Positions 28,810 to 40,042 are shown, numbered from the stretch's first letter. The stretch is DNA of 64,000 bases from Cytophagaceae bacterium (GCA_027485575.1 JAIXQU010000104.1:19984-83983), one strand, 5' to 3'. The notes: generated by a model not told the origin, from the sequence alone. Translations and numbers: made by a program.

Positions 28810-29733
28810 ATGAGTCTTTTAGTCGTGGGTTCAGTCGCATTTGATGCCATTGAAACCCCTTTTGGCAAAACTGATAAAATCATTGGTGGAGCGGCCACCT
28901 ACATTTCTTTGTCATCTTCTTACTTCAACCCACAGGTAAATCTGGTGGCAGTTGTGGGTGGCGATTTTCCAAAATCTGATATCGCCCTGTTGGAAAAGCA
29001 TGGGGTCAATACAGATGGTCTTCAAATCAAAGAGAATGAAAAATCTTTTTTCTGGAGTGGAAAGTATCACAATGATATGAACAGCAGGGATACACTTGTT
29101 ACAGAACTCAACGTTTTGGGAACATTTGACCCAATTATTCCTGAATCATACCAGGATTGTGAGTTCCTAATGCTTGGGAATCTGGCGCCTTCTGTTCAAA
29201 AAACTGTTATTGAAAGACTTAAGAAAAGACCAAAACTAATAGTAATGGACACAATGAATTTCTGGATGGAAATTGCCCTTTCAGATTTATTGGAAACCAT
29301 CAAAATGGTTGATGTTCTTTGTGTTAATGATGAAGAAGCCCGGCAATTAACTAAAGAATATTCTTTAAAAAAGGCTGCCAAAAAGATCCTTGAAATGGGA
29401 CCAAAAGTTGTCATCATTAAGAAAGGAGAACATGGGGCATTGCTATTTAACAACGAAGAAGTTTTTTATGCTCCTGCATTGCCACTTGAGGAAGTATTTG
29501 ATCCAACAGGCGCTGGAGATACTTTTGCCGGAGGATTTATTGGTTATTTGGCCAGTAAAGATGAAACCAGTTTTGAAGCCATGAAGAATGCCATCATTTA
29601 TGGCTCAGCAATGGCAAGTTTTTGTGTTGAACAATTTGGTGTTGAACGGATTGTTGGCCTGCAAAATGAGGAACTGGAATCAAGAGTTCATGAATTTGTT
29701 AGCCTGGTTCAATTTGAAATTTCGTTGGTTTAA
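28810..29733 (+). CDS. PfkB-family sugar kinase
   Basis: N-terminal LVVGSVAFD plus the C-terminal ATP/anion-hole motif DPTGAGDTFAGGFIGYLA. Confidence 0.8.
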   Translation: MSLLVVGSVAFDAIETPFGKTDKIIGGAATYISLSSSYFNPQVNLVAVVGGDFPKSDIALLEKHGVNTDGLQIKENEKSFFWSGKYHNDMNSRDTLVTELNVLGTFDPIIPESYQDCEFLMLGNLAPSVQKTVIERLKKRPKLIVMDTMNFWMEIALSDLLETIKMVDVLCVNDEEARQLTKEYSLKKAAKKILEMGPKVVIIKKGEHGALLFNNEEVFYAPALPLEEVFDPTGAGDTFAGGFIGYLASKDETSFEAMKNAIIYGSAMASFCVEQFGVERIVGLQNEELESRVHEFVSLVQFEISLV

Positions 29734-29890
29734 CCCAGATTATGCATTAGGTGGCTAATCGGGTGATTCACATCAGTCAATTTTCCTCCAGAGAGAATCA
29801 AAATTTCACCATAAAGAAATGTAAATCAGCATTTTGGGAGTAATTTTTCCTTATGCGGAATCCGGATCTAATCTTAAAATGCCAAAAACA

Positions 29891-29920
29891 AAAAAGCCAC
29901 TTCAATGAAGTGGCTTTTTT
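29891..29920. terminator. Bidirectional rho-independent terminator (pfkB-like gene / groEL)
   Basis: aaaaagccacttcaatgaagtggcttttt has a 10-bp perfect stem flanked by an A-run and a T-run, between convergent genes. Confidence 0.8.
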
Positions 29921-29938
29921 GTTTCAGAAGAAATGGAA

Positions 29939-31576
<1,638 letters not shown>

Positions 31577-31598
31577 TTATTATTTAACTACTTAATGA

Positions 31599-31889
31599 TT
31601 AAAGGATTGCAAAAATATCTGACTCACGCATTATTAGGAAGTCCTTACCTTCAACGGTAATTTCGGTTCCGGCGTACTTGCCATACAAAACATTGTCACC
31701 AACTTTTACCTGAGGTTTTACAAGGGTTCCGTTATCAGCGGTCTTGCCTTCTCCTATCGCAATGATTTCGCCTCTTTGTGGTTTTTCTTTAGCTGTATCT
31801 GGAATAATAATACCGGAAGCTGTTTTTTCTTCTGCGGCAGCGGGTCTTACCAAGACTCTATCTGCCAAAGGTTTAATGCTAACTGACAT
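31599..31889 (-). CDS. groS: Co-chaperonin GroES
   Basis: From the internal Met: [46 protein letters not shown]..., 96 aa. The longer ORF-track N-terminus is rejected. Confidence 0.95.
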   Translation of the reverse strand: MSVSIKPLADRVLVRPAAAEEKTASGIIIPDTAKEKPQRGEIIAIGEGKTADNGTLVKPQVKVGDNVLYGKYAGTEITVEGKDFLIMRESDIFAIL

Positions 31890-32080
31890 ATATAATGTTA
31901 AATGAAATGCATGAATATAAATGCAAATGATATTTACCAAATCCCATGCCATAGCTCATAAACAAACAAAACATAATTTTTAATGCCAAAAGGACAGTTG
32001 TCGTTTTGCCTTTTTGTTTAAAACTAGAAATTATGACAGAGTACAACTCCTCGTTTAATCCCAGATTAAACAAAAGGATT

Positions 32081-32162
32081 TAAATGATTGATTTTCTATG
32101 CTTTACAACCTCACCTAAATCCTCTCCAATGTAGAGGATTTAAGGTAAAAATCAATCATTTA
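32081..32162. repeat. Nested inverted repeat between the sucB terminator and groES
   Basis: The outer arms taaatgattgatttt (32081-32095) and aaaatcaatcattta (32148-32162) are perfect 15-nt complements. They enclose an inner 9-bp hairpin, aaatcctct (32117-32125) with agaggattt (32133-32141). Confidence 0.6.
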
Positions 32163-32240
32163 TGAACCAAAAGCTTTTTCTATTGCGGAATTTGGCTTAA
32201 TGATCTCTCTGAATATCAATCAGATTCAAATAAAAAACCA

Positions 32241-32266
32241 AAAAAAAATCCCGCATCAGCGGGATT
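32241..32266 (-). terminator. Rho-independent terminator downstream of sucB
   Basis: An 8-bp stem, aatcccgc/gcgggatt, with a 4-nt loop, followed on the minus strand by a T-run. It lies 7 nt after the sucB stop. Confidence 0.75.
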
Positions 32267-32272
32267 CTATGA

Positions 32273-33775
32273 TTAAACATCAAGAAGCAACCTTAACGGA
32301 TCTTCTAACAATTGCTTCACCCGAACCAAAAATCCGACCGATTCCCGACCATCAATTATCCGGTGATCATAACTTAAGGCAACGTACATAATGGGCCTGA
32401 TAACTATTTCGCCATTTACAACCATTGGCCTTTCAACGATGTTGTGCATTCCTAAAATTGCAGATTGCGGTGCATTAATTATGGGAGTACTCATCATTGA
32501 ACCAAAAACGCCACCATTTGTAATCGTAAAAGTGCCTCCGGTCATCTCTTCGATAGACAATTTGTTATCTCTGGCTTTGCCTGCAAGTCTTAAAATTTCT
32601 TTCTCAATTTCTGCAAAATCCATTTTCTCCGCATTTCTAACCACAGGAACAACCAAACCCTTTGGCGCAGAAACTGCGATTGAAATATCAGCAAAATCAT
32701 TGTATATAATTTCATCGCCATCAATCATCGCATTTACCGAAGGAAATTCAGATAGGGCAACACAAACAGCTCGGGTAAAGAACGACATAAAGCCAAGTCC
32801 GACTGCATGCTTCTCCTTAAACTTATCTTTATACTTCGAACGGAGGTCCATGATGGGCTTCATGTCTACTTCATTAAAAGTAGTAAGCATTGCGGTTTCA
32901 TTCTTAACAGCAACAAGTCTTCTGGCCACTGTTTTTCTTAATGATGAAAGCTTCTCTCTTCTTGAAACCCTATTTCCAGCTGAAATTGAAGGTTGAATGG
33001 CTGATGGGGCCTGGGCAGAACCAGCTGCTGGACTAACAACATTTGCTTTTAAGGCATCTTCTTTTGTCACTTTCCCTCCTTCCCCACTTCCAGAAACCTG
33101 AGATGGATTTATTCCCTTATCGGCAAGTATTGCAGCTGCCAATGGAGTCACGGAATTAGTCCCTTTTAAATTGTCCTGAACCGGGGCATTTGCTGCTGAA
33201 TGAACTGCAGTAGGCTGAACATCATTGGAAGCCTGCCCGCTTCCAACAAGAATGGAAGCTATGCTGGTTCCAATTTCAATTGTAGCTCCTTTTTCAACTT
33301 TTATTTGAAGAATTCCGGAAACTTCCGCCGGCAATTCAAAAGTGGCTTTATCAGATTCGATTTCACATAAAATATCATTCAAATTAACCAAATCGCCATT
33401 TTTCTTGTTCCAGGAAGCTATTGTAACTTCAGTTATCGATTCACCGACTGTTGGAATTTTCACATCAAAAACCTTTTCACTCGGCGCAGATTGAATTGCT
33501 GTTTCAACTGATTTTATCGCAACCTCAGGTATTTTCTTTTCCGCACCTTCAATCGTACATACAAGATTGCCAATTGAAACCGAATCGCCTTGAGATGCAT
33601 TCCAATGAACAATTCCCGCCTGGGGCGCTGTTAGTTCAAATGTGGCCTTGTCAGATTCTAACTCACAAAGGATTTCATCCTGATTCACAAATTCACCTTC
33701 TTTTTTCAAAATATTGGCAATGGTTACCTCGGTGATAGATTCTCCAACGCTTGGGATTTTAACTTCTAAACTCAT
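32273..33775 (-). CDS. sucB: Dihydrolipoyllysine-residue succinyltransferase (E2o) with two lipoyl domains
   Basis: Two N-terminal lipoyl domains ([11 protein letters not shown] and [11 protein letters not shown]), an Ala/Pro-rich linker, and a catalytic domain ending [27 protein letters not shown]. It sits downstream of sucA. Confidence 0.9.
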   Translation of the reverse strand: MSLEVKIPSVGESITEVTIANILKKEGEFVNQDEILCELESDKATFELTAPQAGIVHWNASQGDSVSIGNLVCTIEGAEKKIPEVAIKSVETAIQSAPSEKVFDVKIPTVGESITEVTIASWNKKNGDLVNLNDILCEIESDKATFELPAEVSGILQIKVEKGATIEIGTSIASILVGSGQASNDVQPTAVHSAANAPVQDNLKGTNSVTPLAAAILADKGINPSQVSGSGEGGKVTKEDALKANVVSPAAGSAQAPSAIQPSISAGNRVSRREKLSSLRKTVARRLVAVKNETAMLTTFNEVDMKPIMDLRSKYKDKFKEKHAVGLGFMSFFTRAVCVALSEFPSVNAMIDGDEIIYNDFADISIAVSAPKGLVVPVVRNAEKMDFAEIEKEILRLAGKARDNKLSIEEMTGGTFTITNGGVFGSMMSTPIINAPQSAILGMHNIVERPMVVNGEIVIRPIMYVALSYDHRIIDGRESVGFLVRVKQLLEDPLRLLLDV

Positions 33776-33815
33776 TGGTATTTTATGTTTTAACTAAATT
33801 TTGAAGATATATTTT

Positions 33816-36560
33816 TTAAGAAAATGCTGAATTTATGATCTGTTGTTGTTCCTGATTGTGCACCTTGAGATAGCCCACGGCTGGTGAAGCTGATTCTTTC
33901 CTGGCAACCAATTGAATATTTTTATCTCTGAGATGTCTTAAAATAAAACTCCAGGCTCCCATGTTTTCTGGCTCTTCCTGAACCCAAATCAAGTCAGCTT
34001 TACTGAAATTTGCCAGAATATCCTCTATTTTTTTCTCAGGAAAAGGGAACAACTGCTCCAATCTCACGATGGCAACATCCTTCCTTTTATCCGTTTGTTG
34101 CTTTTCCAATAAATCAAAATATATCTTTCCTGAGCATAAAAGGACTTTTTTTACCTCTTTCGGCTTAACATAAGAATCAGAAATTACTTCCTGGAAAGAC
34201 CCTGAGGTTAACTCCGAAATATCAGAAACCACCTTGGGATGTCTAAGTAGGGACTTAGGTGACATCACAATTAAAGGTTTTCTAAAAGGCCATGCAAGTT
34301 GTCTTCTCAATGCATGAAAAAAGTTGGCAGGTTGAGTGATGTTGGCAACAATAATGTTGTACTCGCCCGCAAGTTGCAAAAATCGTTCTGGTCTGGCATT
34401 GGAATGTTCGGGACCCTGACCTTCATATCCATGAGGCAACAACATAACCAAGCCATTCATCTGGCGCCATTTAGATTCTGAACTTGTAATGAACTGATCT
34501 ATCATAACCTGAGCGCCATTGGCAAAATCACCAAATTGGGCCTCCCAAATTGTAAGTGCATGAGGATTAGCCGTAGAATAACCATACTCAAAGCCAAGAA
34601 CAGCATATTCTGATAGTAAAGAATTGTAAATGCTTAATTGCTCCTGACCATCCTCAATGAAGTTAAGGGAATTGTATGGATGATTGGTAACAGAATCCCG
34701 CAGAACCGCATGTCTATGGGAAAAAGTTCCTCTTTGGACATCCTGACCCGATATCCGGACAATCTTTTTTTCAAGCAGAATGGAACCATAGGCAATGAGT
34801 TCTGCCATGGCCCAATTTATCTTACCCGTTTCAAAAACCATCTCTTCCCTTTCCTTTTGAAGCTTTTCAATTTGTTTGACAGGCTTAAAACCTTCCGGAA
34901 GTTTGATAAGTGCTCTTGCTATTTTTTCTATACTTTCTTTCGAAACGCCAGTTTGAGGCGAATTTACAAAATCTGTGGGCTCCGACTTTCTTAATGCCAG
35001 CCATTCTTTATCCAGTTTCTGTGTAGAATATGGCAGTGGCGTTTGCTTGACCATGTTTAACCTTTCCTGAAGGAGGTCTCTGAATTCCTTGTCCATTTTT
35101 TCGGCAAGGTCTGCATCAACGTCTCCCCTTTCTATAAGTTGCATCTTATAGATTTCTCTGGGATTTGCATGTTTGGCTATGAGGTTGTAGAGCGATGGCT
35201 GGGTAAATTTAGGTTCATCACTTTCATTGTGGCCATGCCTTCTATAGCAAACTAAATCGATAAAAACATCAGAACCAAAGGTTTGCCTGTACTCTGCAGC
35301 TAAAATTGCCGCAAAAACGGCTGCTTCAGGGTCATCTCCATTAACATGTAAAACCGGAGCCTCAATGATTTTTGCCAAATCAGTACAATAGGATGAAGAC
35401 CGGGCATCATCAAAATCAGTTGTAAATCCTACCTGATTGTTGATGACAACATGAATGGTTCCACCTACAGAATAACCATTCAATTTGGCCATTTGAGTAA
35501 CTTCATAAACTATCCCCTGCCCTGCGTGCGCTGCATCGCCATGGATCATGATGGGCATAATTTTCTTATAGTCATTGTCGAATTGCATGGCCATCTTAGC
35601 CCTGACAAAACCTATAACTGTGGGATTAACTGCCTCAAGATGTGAAGGATTTGGGCATAACTTCAAATGAACCGAGTGGCCATCATGGGTGGTTTGATCG
35701 GATGTATAACCCATGTGGTATTTCACATCGCCGTCACCCATTGTCAGGTCAGGTATAGATGAACCCTCAAACTCGGAGAAAATCTGTTCATATGTTTTGC
35801 CCATGGTATTTGACAAAACATTCAACCTTCCCCTGTGGGCCATTCCAATGACAACCTCTTTGGCCCCTTTTTCAGCACCGGAATTGATTACAAAATCCAA
35901 TACCGGGATGGTCGTCTCCCCACCTTCCAATGAAAATCGTTTCTGACCTACATATTTGGTATGGAGAAAGTTTTCAAAAACTACGGCTTCATTCAGCTTT
36001 TTGAAAATTCTTTTCTTTTGATCCTGTGAAGGTGAAAATGAAGGCCATTCCTTTTCAATCTTATTTTTCAACCAATTGATTTGGTCAAGGTCTCTGATAT
36101 AACCAATTTCAAAACCAATCGTACCTTGATAAATTTTAGTTAACTTGTTGATTACCTGGCCTAGAGTTTGCCCTGGCATATCAACTGACTGACTGGCCTC
36201 AAATACCTGAAGTAAATCTGATTCAGCCAAGCCAAAATCAGACAATGCCAACCTTGGTTTTCTATCTTTTCTTTTTCTTACCGGATTTGTATTTGCCAAT
36301 AAATGGCCGCGACTTCTGTACGCATCAATTAAGTTCGCAACGGCAAACTCTTTTTCCAAAGAGCCTTTTCCTGACTTTGCAAGATTGGGACTGGAAGACG
36401 GCATGGAAGGACCATCTGACCCGTAAGTTTTTGAAAATTCAAAACCCTCAAAAAACTTTTGCCATTGAGGATCCAGTTGTTCCGGGCTGGATTTAAATGT
36501 TTCGTAAAGCCCTTCTATATAATCGCCGTGGGCATTTGAAATATAGCTATACTTATCCAT
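33816..36560 (-). CDS. sucA: 2-oxoglutarate dehydrogenase E1 component
   Basis: 914 aa. N-terminus YISNAHGDYIEGLYETF, TPP region GDAAHAGQGIVYE, and HGYEGQGPEHSNARPERFLQL. Confidence 0.95.
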   Translation of the reverse strand: MDKYSYISNAHGDYIEGLYETFKSSPEQLDPQWQKFFEGFEFSKTYGSDGPSMPSSSPNLAKSGKGSLEKEFAVANLIDAYRSRGHLLANTNPVRKRKDRKPRLALSDFGLAESDLLQVFEASQSVDMPGQTLGQVINKLTKIYQGTIGFEIGYIRDLDQINWLKNKIEKEWPSFSPSQDQKKRIFKKLNEAVVFENFLHTKYVGQKRFSLEGGETTIPVLDFVINSGAEKGAKEVVIGMAHRGRLNVLSNTMGKTYEQIFSEFEGSSIPDLTMGDGDVKYHMGYTSDQTTHDGHSVHLKLCPNPSHLEAVNPTVIGFVRAKMAMQFDNDYKKIMPIMIHGDAAHAGQGIVYEVTQMAKLNGYSVGGTIHVVINNQVGFTTDFDDARSSSYCTDLAKIIEAPVLHVNGDDPEAAVFAAILAAEYRQTFGSDVFIDLVCYRRHGHNESDEPKFTQPSLYNLIAKHANPREIYKMQLIERGDVDADLAEKMDKEFRDLLQERLNMVKQTPLPYSTQKLDKEWLALRKSEPTDFVNSPQTGVSKESIEKIARALIKLPEGFKPVKQIEKLQKEREEMVFETGKINWAMAELIAYGSILLEKKIVRISGQDVQRGTFSHRHAVLRDSVTNHPYNSLNFIEDGQEQLSIYNSLLSEYAVLGFEYGYSTANPHALTIWEAQFGDFANGAQVMIDQFITSSESKWRQMNGLVMLLPHGYEGQGPEHSNARPERFLQLAGEYNIIVANITQPANFFHALRRQLAWPFRKPLIVMSPKSLLRHPKVVSDISELTSGSFQEVISDSYVKPKEVKKVLLCSGKIYFDLLEKQQTDKRKDVAIVRLEQLFPFPEKKIEDILANFSKADLIWVQEEPENMGAWSFILRHLRDKNIQLVARKESASPAVGYLKVHNQEQQQIINSAFS

Positions 36561-36578
36561 GAGTTGCTTTTATTTTTG

Positions 36579-36586
36579 CAAACATA
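36579..36586 (-). promoter_or_regulatory. -7 promoter box TATGTTTG for sucAB
   Basis: The plus strand reads caaacata, which is TAnnTTTG on the minus strand, 18 nt upstream of the sucA ATG. Confidence 0.45.
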
Positions 36587-36739
36587 AAGATTAAATACCA
36601 AATAATAAACCCGTTAATTTGAATATTCAAATTGTACTGAATTTTATTGTTTTATGCCATTTTATCCTTCTTTGGAAATAAGAATTTCTTTTCTGATTTT
36701 CGGAATTATGCAATTCAATTTTGCACTGTTTTTTCTTAA

Positions 36740-37281
36740 GCCGGGATAATTGGAACCGGAAAACAGGAACAGTATTTTTCAAGGGTTTGACTCTATGGTG
36801 GCTGCCTGCGACCCTTTTCCAAAGATAAGGATGAAATAAACCTGACATCCATTATAAATCATTAAAAGCCATTTTGAATAAACCAGCGATTCTTTCTCTC
36901 CACCTGCCCTTAACCAAAGAGTCAAAACATATTATCAATTCAGATTCAATTTCGGAAATGAAGGAAGGTGTATTTTTAATAAACACAAGCCGGGGAGGAT
37001 TAATTGAAACGAATGCATTAATAAAAGGTCTGAAATCTGGTAAAATTGGAGCTGTAGGACTTGATGTTTATGAAGAAGAAGAAGGCATTTTTTTTATAGA
37101 CCATTCATCAGATTTGATAACTGACGACAAACTAGCAAGATTACTAACTTTTCCCAATGCTTTGATAACCAGCCATCAAGCATTTTTAACTTCAAATGCA
37201 CTTCAAAATATTGCAGACACTACAATTGGAACCTTGAATGAGTTTAAAGGTGGAAAAAAACTCACATTTGAAATTATCTAA
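36740..37281 (+). pseudogene. D-lactate dehydrogenase / D-2-hydroxyacid dehydrogenase relic (5'-truncated, frameshifted)
   Basis: Three reading frames carry consecutive pieces of the family. These are AGIIGTGK (from 36740), then NRNSIFQGFDSMVAACDPFPKIRMK* (from 36762), then *NKPDIHYKSLKAILNKPAILSLHLPLT...NTSRGGLIE...GLDVYEEEE...ITSHQAF (to 37281). There is no room for the missing N-terminal domain (the whole region preceding the GxGxxG motif) before sucA. Confidence 0.7.
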
Positions 37282-37296
37282 TTCTAAAGTTCTTAG

Positions 37297-37319
37297 ACTT
37301 GATTTCTAATCAAGTTTTG
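37297..37319 (+). terminator. Hairpin plus T-tract after the dehydrogenase relic
   Basis: acttgatt tct aatcaagt forms an 8-bp stem followed by ttt. Confidence 0.45.
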
Positions 37320-37384
37320 AAATAAAATAATAGGCAGTTCTTATTATTAATTTCAATTTTGCACAATTAAACACGTAGTGCTCG

Positions 37385-37879
37385 TTGATACGGATATTTT
37401 TTTATTTTAGTTTTTTGATAACCATCTTATTTTTTGGCCAGAGTTGCAATGAAACTCCTTGCCTGAAAAAAAAAGAAATCAACCTAAGAATTGCTTTTTT
37501 TAAGGATACTGGCGGGGCTGAAGTCTCAACAGAATTGAACTTCAAAACCTTTAGAATGAAAACGGAAAAGACCGTATTTCAAAACAATGAAACACAAATT
37601 CTAAATGGAATAAAATCGCCTGCGAAGACGATGAATATTCCCATACCATCGGATTCAAAAAATGTAATTCTGGAGTTTTACAATGATACTTTAATGGATT
37701 CATTTCAATTTACATTGGACCCAAAAGCAACCTTCCTTTCAACTGAATGTGGTTTTGATTATACTTACAATATTTTGGAAATAAAATCAATAAAGAGTTC
37801 AACAATAAAAAAGCTGTCTATTGAAAATAACAAAATAGACACTACCTCAAAAACAAATCATGTTAAAGCTTTTCTTTAG
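37385..37879 (+). CDS. Small lipoprotein of unknown function
   Basis: TTG start and a signal peptide with lipobox FFGQSC. I recognise no family with confidence. Confidence 0.5.
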   Translation: MIRIFFYFSFLITILFFGQSCNETPCLKKKEINLRIAFFKDTGGAEVSTELNFKTFRMKTEKTVFQNNETQILNGIKSPAKTMNIPIPSDSKNVILEFYNDTLMDSFQFTLDPKATFLSTECGFDYTYNILEIKSIKSSTIKKLSIENNKIDTTSKTNHVKAFL

Positions 37880-38540
37880 GCTATTTCTCATTGTTGGGTT
37901 TCAAAATTTTTGTTTCGGGCAGACTGACACGTCTGCATACGCCAAAGATTCTTTGCAGAAACTGAATAAAATAATCCCTAAAATTAGAATAGGCGCTGAT
38001 GTATCCAGGTTATTCCTGAGCACTACCAGAAATGATTTCAAGGGATTTGAAGGGTCGCTTGATGCCAATATTGGTAAGAATATTTACGAATTGCATGTGG
38101 GTTTTGCCAACCAAAGTCAAAAACTGGAAAAATACAGACCCATTAGCTCAGGGATATATGCTTCTGTGGGCTACTCGAAAAACATATTTGCAGAAAGCGA
38201 CAATATTTTATCAATGGGAGGTCGCCTGGCGGGAAGCTCTTTCAACTATCAGCCAACAGAGGTAGAGATAGAAGATGATTTTTCAACAACAAATAAGATG
38301 CTGGATCTCGAAAAAAGAGCGAGCAGGGCACTTTGGGCCGAATTTGTTACTTCAATGAAGGCCAAAGTTCTGGGGTGGATTATGATGGGTTTTGAAGTCA
38401 GAATAAAAGCCAGAATTCAAGCCAAAACGGATGGCTATCAACCCTATGTGATACCTGGATATGGGTTTTACACAAATAAAACCAGCCTTGGATTTAACTA
38501 TTTTGTCTTCATTAACCTGCCTGCAAAAATCAAAAAGTAA
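37860..38540 (+). CDS. Probable outer-membrane beta-barrel protein of unknown function
   Basis: Signal peptide ending CFGQ and an alternating beta-strand pattern. It overlaps the upstream lipoprotein gene by 20 nt. Confidence 0.5.
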   Translation: MLKLFFRLFLIVGFQNFCFGQTDTSAYAKDSLQKLNKIIPKIRIGADVSRLFLSTTRNDFKGFEGSLDANIGKNIYELHVGFANQSQKLEKYRPISSGIYASVGYSKNIFAESDNILSMGGRLAGSSFNYQPTEVEIEDDFSTTNKMLDLEKRASRALWAEFVTSMKAKVLGWIMMGFEVRIKARIQAKTDGYQPYVIPGYGFYTNKTSLGFNYFVFINLPAKIKK

Positions 38541-38542
38541 AC

Positions 38543-39172
38543 ATGGGAGCAAGCCTAATAAAAATTCATCCCGAAAACCCTGATTTAAGAAAAATTGAAC
38601 AGGTTGTTGAAGTATTAAAAGCTGGTGGACTCGTCATTTATCCTACAGATACAGTATATGGAATCGGCTGCGATATTTATAATCCTAAAGCCATTGAACG
38701 GATTGCCAAGATCAAAAATTTAAAGCCGGAACGGGCAAATTTCGCATTTATTTGCCATGATCTCAGCCATTTAGCAAACTACGCCAAAGTAAGCACTCCA
38801 GTTTTCAAACTGATGAAAAAGGCACTGCCCGGCCCGTTTACATTTGTACTTTCGGCAACCAATGAAGTACCTAAAATCCTAAATAATAAGAGAAAGACAA
38901 TTGGAATCAGAATCCCTGACAATGAAATTCCCAGGATGATTGTCCGAGAACTTGGCCATCCCATTCTCACTTCATCAATTGTTGATGATGATGATATTCT
39001 TGAATATAGCACTGACCCTGAGTTGATTTTTGAAAAATTCGAAAATCTGGTGGATGTTGTTATTGATGGTGGTTTTGGGAATAATGTGGCGTCTACCATT
39101 GTCCTGTGCGCAAACGATGAATTTGAGGTGATAAGGCAAGGGCTTGGTGATTTAAATCTATACTTATCTTAA
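38543..39172 (+). CDS. tsaC: L-threonylcarbamoyladenylate synthase (TsaC/YrdC family)
   Basis: VIYPTDTVYGIGCD, PGPFTFVL and IGIRIPDN motifs, 209 aa. Confidence 0.85.
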   Translation: MGASLIKIHPENPDLRKIEQVVEVLKAGGLVIYPTDTVYGIGCDIYNPKAIERIAKIKNLKPERANFAFICHDLSHLANYAKVSTPVFKLMKKALPGPFTFVLSATNEVPKILNNKRKTIGIRIPDNEIPRMIVRELGHPILTSSIVDDDDILEYSTDPELIFEKFENLVDVVIDGGFGNNVASTIVLCANDEFEVIRQGLGDLNLYLS

Positions 39173-39200
39173 AATCGATTTTATTTAAAACCTGTTCAAT

Positions 39201-39208
39201 TAAGTTTG
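39201..39208 (+). promoter_or_regulatory. -7 promoter box TAAGTTTG
   Basis: Exact TAnnTTTG 44 nt upstream of the ATG at 39253. Confidence 0.4.
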
Positions 39209-39252
39209 TTATTCCAAGGCAAAGTCATTGATTTGAGCCAAAACCAACCGAA

Positions 39253-39975
39253 ATGGAAACAAAAATCTACTCTATTAAATCGGATAATTTTTTGTTTAAA
39301 ATAGCCATAATTGCTATTTTGGGATTGCCTTTTGGATTGTTCGGACAGCCAAAAAAATGTATGATAATTGGGGCTGTAACAAATTACAAAACCAAATTAA
39401 GGATTGAAACCAAACTGGTATTTGAAAAACAGCCTAATTCAACTCTGACAATTATTTCACATTCAGGGGAGAAGGGATACAGGGCAAGCCTATTTGATAG
39501 GGGGGAATATAACTGCATCGTTTCCGCGGAAGGATTTGTCAGCGAGCGATGTATTTTTAATCTTTTGGATGATTCATTGTTAAACAAAGAAGAGCATAAT
39601 ATTGATTTCGAACTTATTCCAATCAACCTCAATGATATTTTACCTTTTAATAAGATACTTTTTGATCCGTCCAGCTATAAAATAACGAACGAGTCCTTTC
39701 CTGAATTGAACCGTCTTCTTGAAATGCTAATTTCTAATCCCAAAATAAAAATCAGATTGGAAGGACATACGGACAATATGTCTAATGGGAACAAAAGTAA
39801 AAAACTTGCTCAAAAAAGGATTAAATCTATAAAATCATGGCTGGTAGAAAAAGGGATTTCTGGCAAAAGAATCCAACTTAAAGCCATGGGTGCAGAAAAA
39901 AGACTAACCTCAGTGGATGCCTTGAATGCAAGAAAAATCAACAGAAGAGTTGAAATCAGGGTCATCGAAATATAA
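39253..39975 (+). CDS. OmpA-family peptidoglycan-binding protein
   Basis: The C-terminal OmpA_C-like domain reads FDPSSYKITNES..IRLEGHTDNMSNGNKSKKLAQKRIKSIKSWLVEKGISGKRIQLKAMGAEK...NRRVEIRVIE. The N-terminus is a CarboxypepD_reg-like beta-sandwich. Confidence 0.8.
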   Translation: METKIYSIKSDNFLFKIAIIAILGLPFGLFGQPKKCMIIGAVTNYKTKLRIETKLVFEKQPNSTLTIISHSGEKGYRASLFDRGEYNCIVSAEGFVSERCIFNLLDDSLLNKEEHNIDFELIPINLNDILPFNKILFDPSSYKITNESFPELNRLLEMLISNPKIKIRLEGHTDNMSNGNKSKKLAQKRIKSIKSWLVEKGISGKRIQLKAMGAEKRLTSVDALNARKINRRVEIRVIEI

Positions 39976-40010
39976 CAAATCGTCGTTGAAGACCTTTTAG
40001 AAAACCAGAA

Positions 40011-40040
40011 AAAAGGCTCCGAATTAATTCGGAGCCTTTT
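40011..40040. terminator. Bidirectional rho-independent terminator
   Basis: aaaaggctccgaattaattcggagcctttt is a perfect 30-nt palindrome with flanking A and T runs, between convergent genes. Confidence 0.8.
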
Positions 40041-40042
40041 TC

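Noticed and set aside
29861-29883. ttatgcggaatccggatctaatc resembles tattgcggaatttggcttaatg at 32181-32202. Both lie just beyond the terminators of groEL and sucB.
   Set aside because: There is only about 80 percent identity over about 22 nt, with an indel and two copies. That is indistinguishable from chance in AT-rich intergenic DNA without genome-wide statistics.
31890-31952. N-terminal extensions offered by the ORF track for groES. The same applies to rpmB 27217-27273, the amidotransferase 10190-10258, GH97 42158-42214, the T9SS cargo gene 24247-24330, the first operon gene 26462-26479, the barrel gene 7160-7204 and rocD 27523-27549.
   Set aside because: In each case an internal Met gives the canonical family N-terminus or a proper signal peptide. 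The extension either overlaps the neighbouring gene or contains the predicted -7 promoter box.
31890-32240. A search for a CIRCE (HrcA) operator upstream of groES.
   Set aside because: No sequence resembling TTAGCACTC-N9-GAGTGCTAA is present on either strand. Only the unrelated nested inverted repeat, reported separately, was found.
32391-32996. A 201-aa plus-strand ORF inside sucB. Similar long antisense ORFs occur at 30954..31361, 23735..24103, 3006..3431, 61431..61850, 62506..62889, 34638..34994 and 40798..41124.
   Set aside because: All lie entirely within well-supported genes on the opposite strand. Their composition is low-complexity (Ser/Leu/Ile/Phe-rich), as expected for shadow frames in AT-rich DNA, and none shows a recognisable motif.
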